The notes beneath the pieces were generated by a model that did no database searches, had not been told where the DNA came from, and saw only the letters and a list, made by a program, of their open reading frames with translations. This document shows positions 58,955 through 64,000 of a stretch of DNA of 64,000 bases, in pieces (position 1 is the first letter of the stretch; the number at the start of each line of letters is the position of its first letter). The DNA comes from a virus, in the IMG/VR virus record IMGVR_UViG_3300005613_000024, positions 1 to 64,000 of that record; one strand, 5' to 3'. A program made the position numbers and the translations under genes.

Positions 58955-59852
58955 AATTAAATTTATATCAGATACTCCCAAAAACGAAAAAAGACCTGGT
59001 GGCTGGACTTGGTATAAACTCTGGAGAAGAATGGCACAAGATTATGAGAAATATACTTGGAATGATATTCAAGTTGTCACACCAGAAGAGAAAGCTGACA
59101 TAAACATAATAATCAATCATCCGAAATTTCATGTCGGAGAAGATTTTGATAGAAAAAATACTATCACTTATCAGTTAGAACCAAAAGTTGTAAGACAGAA
59201 ACATTGGTGGGAATATAATAATCCTTCTACAGAAAGTGGTTTTTTGTATTGTCATAATATAGACTCTAATCATATGGCAATTGATTGGAATGTTGAATAT
59301 ACTTACGAACAATTACAGACGATGAAGATTGAGAAAACTAAAATCTTATCGACAGTTCAAACATGGAAAGATTACTATCCTGGTCACAAATTAAGAAAAT
59401 TCTTCTTACAAAATTATCTTGATAATTTAGATTACATAGATATTTATGGTCATTTAAAACAAGGAGAAGACTGGACTTATAAGCAATTTAAGGGAGAACT
59501 TCCTGTACGAAAAAAAGAATCAGCTTTAGCTCCTTATAAATACACATTTTGCTGTGAGAATAGTATTGAAGAGAATTATTGGACTGAAAAAATAATAGAT
59601 GCTATTATTTGCGAATGCCTGCCTTTTTATTGGGGCTGTAAAAATTTAAAAGATTTTTTACCTGAAGGTTGTTTTATTTGGCTTCCTTTAGATGACCCCG
59701 AATTAAGTTTAGAAATAATAGAAAAGTCTATCAGAGACAATGAATGGGAAAAAAGGATAAATACTATAAAAATTGCTAAAAAACTTATTATGGAAAAATG
59801 GCAATTTTTTCCAGACTTGAAATATCATTTAAAACGATTAGGAGTTCTATAA
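58947..59852 (+). CDS. GT10-like (alpha-1,3-fucosyltransferase family) glycosyltransferase
   Basis: LEP, GH.LR, YKYTFCCENS...YWTEKI.DA.....PFYWG. Confidence 0.82.
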   Translation: MLKIKFISDTPKNEKRPGGWTWYKLWRRMAQDYEKYTWNDIQVVTPEEKADINIIINHPKFHVGEDFDRKNTITYQLEPKVVRQKHWWEYNNPSTESGFLYCHNIDSNHMAIDWNVEYTYEQLQTMKIEKTKILSTVQTWKDYYPGHKLRKFFLQNYLDNLDYIDIYGHLKQGEDWTYKQFKGELPVRKKESALAPYKYTFCCENSIEENYWTEKIIDAIICECLPFYWGCKNLKDFLPEGCFIWLPLDDPELSLEIIEKSIRDNEWEKRINTIKIAKKLIMEKWQFFPDLKYHLKRLGVL

Positions 59853-60421
59853 TGAAACTTCAACAAAAATTACTAGAGAAATTTACAAAAGAAGAACTTT
59901 GGTTAGAGTTAAGTGCTATAGCAGAAAATGAAGAAAATAAAATGAGAAAAGCTATTGAAAGATGTTTAGAATTATATCCAATTAAAGGTAAAAAGATAGC
60001 AATTGAAAGTGGAACATTTCATGGTGTAAGTGCCGCTTTACTGACAGACTATTTTGATGAAGTGCATACTTTTGAAATTGAAAAAGGTTATGTAAAAGAT
60101 AAAACTTTACATAACAAAGTGTGGGAGCATTTAGGTGTTTCTGATAGAATTTATTTTCATCTAATCAAAAATGATAAAGAAAAAGAAGAAATATTAAAAA
60201 CTTTAAATTGGGATTTTGGATTCGTAGACGGGAATCATACTGTTGGCACTAAGATAGATTTTAATTTGTTGAATAAATGTGGTCGAATTTTATTTCATGA
60301 TTATAATACAAAAAAAGCAGAAAAAAAAGGATTATGGAAAGCTGTTTATGATTTCATCAATACATTAAAGAATAATATTGTCTATATAGATGAACCTTTT
60401 GTTGTTTGGATTAATAAATAA
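59852..60421 (+). CDS. Class I SAM methyltransferase
   Basis: IESGTFHGVS, FVDGNH, LFHDY. Confidence 0.78.
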   Translation: MKLQQKLLEKFTKEELWLELSAIAENEENKMRKAIERCLELYPIKGKKIAIESGTFHGVSAALLTDYFDEVHTFEIEKGYVKDKTLHNKVWEHLGVSDRIYFHLIKNDKEKEEILKTLNWDFGFVDGNHTVGTKIDFNLLNKCGRILFHDYNTKKAEKKGLWKAVYDFINTLKNNIVYIDEPFVVWINK

Positions 60422-61026
60422 TGCCATATTCAATTAAGAAAAAATTTATTTTCTTTCATGTACCTAAAAATGCAGGATGTACTATAAATCGTGTTTTGGA
60501 TCATGCGTGTAAACAGCATATAATATTTCCTAAACTTGTTTATGATATGCAAAATAATTATATTTTAGATGGATGTGCAGAAAGATTTATAAAACAAGTG
60601 AAAATAAAAAACCCTTCTGATTTTTTTAAATTTGCATTTGTAAGAAACCCGTATGACAAACTTGTTTCAGGATGGCAATATGCGATGAAGATTACTAAAA
60701 TTGATATATCTTTTGAATCTTTTGTAAAAAATTTGGATAAATATAGAAGATATGACACTATTTTATGGCACAGTATTATAAGTCAAACTACTCATTTATC
60801 AGATAAAAATAATAATTTATTAATTGATTGGTATGGCAAAGTCGAGAATATTCAAAAAGATATAAAGATAGTATTAGATAAATTAAATTTGTCAATGCAA
60901 AAAATTGACAGATTAAATGCTATCAAGCACAAACACTGGACAAAATATTATACACCAAAATTAAAAGATTTAGTTTATAAACGATTTCAAAAAGATTTTG
61001 AGAATTTCAATTATGATTATAACTGA
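60421..61026 (+). CDS. Sulfotransferase (family 2, carbohydrate type)
   Basis: FFHVPKNAGCTI (5'-PSB), FAFVRNPYDKLVS (3'-PB), DFENFNY. Confidence 0.85.
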   Translation: MPYSIKKKFIFFHVPKNAGCTINRVLDHACKQHIIFPKLVYDMQNNYILDGCAERFIKQVKIKNPSDFFKFAFVRNPYDKLVSGWQYAMKITKIDISFESFVKNLDKYRRYDTILWHSIISQTTHLSDKNNNLLIDWYGKVENIQKDIKIVLDKLNLSMQKIDRLNAIKHKHWTKYYTPKLKDLVYKRFQKDFENFNYDYN

Positions 61027-61855
61027 TAAAACATATTTTAAAAATAATGTTAAATTAGTAGAGATAGAAACATTCTCTTATTGTAACAGACAATGCTGGC
61101 ATTGCCCGAATTCTATTATAGATAGACATTCTGGTAATACATATATGTCAGATTTCGTTTATAATAAGATTTTGAAAAATTTAAAACAAATTAAATACGA
61201 TAAAATAGTATCCTTCGGAAGATATAATGAGCCTTTAGCTGACAGCATTATTTATAAAAGAATACAAGAAGCGAAAAAAGCCTTGCCAAACGCTATTCTT
61301 CATTTCAATACAAATGGAGATTTTTTAAATACAGAATCTTTAGAAAAGATTTACAATGCTGGATTGAAAAGTTTAGCCATTCAGGTTTATTTACAAGATA
61401 ACAAAAATATAAAACAGAAGATAGAAAAAAAGATGACAAGTTTAAATTTAATGACATATACAGAATTAAGAGAAACAGAAACAAAAATAGAATACATTAC
61501 TACTTATAAAGACATGAATGTTTCAATTTATTGGAGAGATTTTAAAAAAACTGGAATTAATCGTGGTGGTATTATCGAAAAACTAAATCGGAAACCAGAA
61601 AGAATTGTCCCATGTCTTATGCCTAGTTCTTGGGTCTGCATTGATTATAATGGCTCTGTTATGCCCTGTTGTAATTTAAGAAGTGATTGGGAAGACCATA
61701 AAAAATTTATTTTGGGAAATCTAAACGATAAAAATAGAAATTTATTTAATATATTTAATTCAAAAGAAGCTGTCAAATTTCGACAGTTACTTGCAAGCAA
61801 TGAACTAAAGCCTTATCCATGTAACACTTGTCACTTTTCGGAGAGAAGAATATGA
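61013..61855 (+). CDS. Radical SAM protein with SPASM/twitch domain
   Basis: CNRQCWHC, YNEPL, NTNG, NRGG, C...GSVMPCC...CNTC. Confidence 0.88.
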   Translation: MIITDKTYFKNNVKLVEIETFSYCNRQCWHCPNSIIDRHSGNTYMSDFVYNKILKNLKQIKYDKIVSFGRYNEPLADSIIYKRIQEAKKALPNAILHFNTNGDFLNTESLEKIYNAGLKSLAIQVYLQDNKNIKQKIEKKMTSLNLMTYTELRETETKIEYITTYKDMNVSIYWRDFKKTGINRGGIIEKLNRKPERIVPCLMPSSWVCIDYNGSVMPCCNLRSDWEDHKKFILGNLNDKNRNLFNIFNSKEAVKFRQLLASNELKPYPCNTCHFSERRI

Positions 61856-62640
61856 ATAAAATAGCGATTATTATTACTGCATTTTGTAGAGATGAATTAT
61901 TGTATAAGTCCGTACAATCTACTGTAGATAATTGTACAAACAATTGTATAAATAATTTTGAAATTATTGTTATTGACCAGGGTTATACTTCTATTCACAA
62001 AAGAGATTGGCTTCAAGAAAGAAATGTTCATTATTGTCCTGTTTCTTTTGATAGTGGATTAAGTTTTTGTAGAAATTTTGGAGTTAAAAAAGCTAAAGAG
62101 TTAGAATGTAATTATGTCGTAATAGGAAGTGATAGTTTTCTATTTAATGAATCTTTGAAAAAATTAAATAAAATGATAGATATTATACAAAATACTAAAT
62201 ATAGCTTAATAGGCTTCGAGTTAAAGAATTGTACTTGTGGATGGGAAGCTTCATTGAATTTGATAGAAAGAAAATGTTTTGAATTAGATTTTATTGACAA
62301 AGATGGAAAACCTGCATTAGTAAGAGATGTAACTCCTTTTTGGAAAGTAGATATATGTCGTAATTTTTTCTTGGCAACTGTAGGGTCGCTTCTCTTAACA
62401 GAATGGGATGAAAAATTAAAGCTTGCAGAACATGAAGACTTCTTTTGGAGATTTAAGCAAAATGGCTTTAAATGTTTATGGACTAATGCAATTGATGGAG
62501 AAAAAATAAACGATAGACCTGCGAAATATGCTAATTATAGAAGAATTAATTTTAATGAAGGTCTTGCTTATTTAAGAACAAAGTGGGGATTATCAGGTTG
62601 GGTTGAATACAAAAATCTGGAAAGGGCTAAACATCAATGA
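61852..62640 (+). CDS. GT2-family glycosyltransferase
   Basis: IIITAF.R, VIDQG, GLS..RN, NFFLA, WDEKLK..EHEDFF; DxD position reads SDS. Confidence 0.8.
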   Translation: MNKIAIIITAFCRDELLYKSVQSTVDNCTNNCINNFEIIVIDQGYTSIHKRDWLQERNVHYCPVSFDSGLSFCRNFGVKKAKELECNYVVIGSDSFLFNESLKKLNKMIDIIQNTKYSLIGFELKNCTCGWEASLNLIERKCFELDFIDKDGKPALVRDVTPFWKVDICRNFFLATVGSLLLTEWDEKLKLAEHEDFFWRFKQNGFKCLWTNAIDGEKINDRPAKYANYRRINFNEGLAYLRTKWGLSGWVEYKNLERAKHQ

Positions 62641-63096
62641 AAAATTATGACAGAGAAGAAATTATCAATCGCTTAATAAAAAGTGGTCTTAAACCAGTAC
62701 ACAGTAAAAAGACTAGAAAATTAATGTATTTCAAAAAACCTAAAAGAGTGACTCTCGGAATAAAACTTCGGGGATATATAGATTTTCTAAAAGTCAATGT
62801 AGTAGAAGGAAAAAAGTGAAAAATCTTTTATTAAGACAACGTATAGTGCGATTAATTTCAATGAGCTATGCTTTAAGCGAAGATTATCTGTGGAAATGTT
62901 ACGAAAAGATAGAAAATATCGAAAAATTACTTAACTTACTGGAAGATAATAGGTTACAAGAAATTAACGACATATTGAGTAAAGATAGTCATAGCTGACC
63001 ATTAAAAAATTACAATCGTTTAAAAGAAAACGATTTCTGCTCTATAAAGTAGTGCTTTAAAAGAGTATTTCTAATAAATGTTCAAGGGAAATTAAA

Positions 63097-63312
63097 ATGA
63101 TAGAACAAATACTGGGTTGGATTGGTACAATATTATTTTTTTATGGTGTCTATGCATTATCATTGAAAAGTATCAAAGGTTTCTACGCTAATGCTATTGC
63201 GAACATTCTTTATATTATTCAATCTATTTTAATGTCAAATTGGCCTCTTTTAGCATGTTCTGTTGGATTATTTGTAATTAATATTTACGGGATAAAGAAA
63301 TGGTCAAAATAA
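63097..63312 (+). CDS. Small 3-TM protein (PnuC/SemiSWEET-half-like)
   Basis: LGWIGT..., GF....ANIL, INIYGIKKW; three hydrophobic segments. Confidence 0.55.
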   Translation: MIEQILGWIGTILFFYGVYALSLKSIKGFYANAIANILYIIQSILMSNWPLLACSVGLFVINIYGIKKWSK

Positions 63313-63435
63313 TATTTTTAATTTTAGTCTTGATAATTGTAGGGTTTATAATTGAAATGTGGCGAAGAATTAATATTTGGATTTTGATTACATTATTAAC
63401 AATTTTTAGTTTAATTATATGGGGAACACTTTAAA

Positions 63436-63852
63436 ATGTGGATACTACAATTAACAAATAAAAAATATTTTGATTCACAAAGAATACAATGGATAAATTT
63501 ACCTATTTTTCCTATTTCACATATTATAATTCCTGTCAAAAATAAGCATGTATTCTTACAGGGATTTGATTCTTATCTTTATTTAGAAGAATATTATCAA
63601 TTTGTGAATAGAAAAGGTAAAGTTCTTGATACTATTAATGTTTTAGCTAAATATAAACAAGAAGTTCTTCAGATAAGTTATAATGTTCGAAAAGGTCACT
63701 TATTTCAAACAAAAAATAAATGGGGAAATGAATTTACACCTTTGATTTGGAATGAAAAGACGCAGAAGTGGGATAAAGGAAAAGCTAGACCTACCAACAA
63801 GAATCTATGGCATCTTGGTGTTATAGATTCTCCTATCGCAAAAATTATTTAA
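63436..63852 (+). CDS. Hypothetical protein, last gene of the rightward arm
   Basis: ORF converging on a minus-strand gene. Confidence 0.55.
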   Translation: MWILQLTNKKYFDSQRIQWINLPIFPISHIIIPVKNKHVFLQGFDSYLYLEEYYQFVNRKGKVLDTINVLAKYKQEVLQISYNVRKGHLFQTKNKWGNEFTPLIWNEKTQKWDKGKARPTNKNLWHLGVIDSPIAKII

Positions 63853-64000
63853 ATAAAATCATAGGGATTGTTAATTTGAATAAGAAGTTTTGCATCTAAG
63901 GGCGGATTAACATAATCAAGCGTTCTGGTTTCATCAAAATGTAATCCTGCATGAAGAGTAACTTTCTTTTTATTAGAATTTTTAATGTCTTCAATTTCGT
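63849..64000 (-). CDS. 3' end of a convergent gene entering from the right edge
   Basis: Open frame ...EIEDIKNSNKKKVTLHAGLHFDETRTLDYVNPPLDAKLLIQINNPYDFI*; its stop overlaps that of 63436-63852. Confidence 0.55.
   Translation of the reverse strand, partial: EIEDIKNSNKKKVTLHAGLHFDETRTLDYVNPPLDAKLLIQINNPYDFI

Noticed and set aside
608-62300. Many short opposite-strand ORFs in the track (e.g. 608-796, 1775-2071, 8441-8680, 42966-43229, 51358-51688)
   Set aside because: F/L/I/S-rich shadows of A-rich genes on the other strand, without RBS.
53170-62640. Host chromosomal LPS/capsule locus (chimeric contig)
   Set aside because: Same strand, composition, codon style and gene coupling as the flanking phage genes; no wzx, wzy or kps export genes.
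1-64000. Stop-codon reassignment
   Set aside because: Long conserved genes are intact in code 11. TAA, TGA and occasional TAG all end genes at sensible, often coupled positions.
1-64000. tRNA, tmRNA or rRNA genes
   Set aside because: No cloverleaf with a T-loop GTTCRA in proper stem context was seen in intergenic regions; a tRNAscan/ARAGORN run would confirm.

Overview
Very AT-rich, gene-dense segment of a large tailed-phage genome using the standard genetic code and strong AGGAG-type Shine-Dalgarno sites. I saw no tRNA, rRNA, CRISPR or reverse transcriptase. A short leftward arm (1-7228, minus strand) carries an Rnl2-type RNA ligase, a metallophosphoesterase, an HD protein, an HNH endonuclease and the start of a probable virion protein. 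A ~930 bp non-coding divergence region separates it from a long rightward arm (8158-63852). That arm runs through small early-type ORFs, RuvB, a Xer-like tyrosine recombinase and an HTH protein followed by a repeat/hairpin region. It continues with nucleotide-metabolism genes (deoxyribosyltransferase-like, dATP/dGTP diphosphohydrolase, intein-containing uridine-kinase-like P-loop protein), an M42 aminopeptidase, primase-helicase, RuvC-like, RecA, an intein-containing family B DNA polymerase with several non-canonical motifs, an ABC-ATPase/GNAT fusion, MgtC, ribosomal protein bS21 and a split SbcC with SbcD. It ends in a ~9.5 kb, 11-gene glycan synthesis and decoration cluster. Non-coding signals include a family of near-identical sigma70 promoters, two of which form an exact 34-bp inverted repeat 16.3 kb apart. 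There is also a ten-copy 10-5-10 dyad motif found in the three big intergenic regions and apparently near-total GATC avoidance. All protein calls come from motif recognition by eye; no database search was run.
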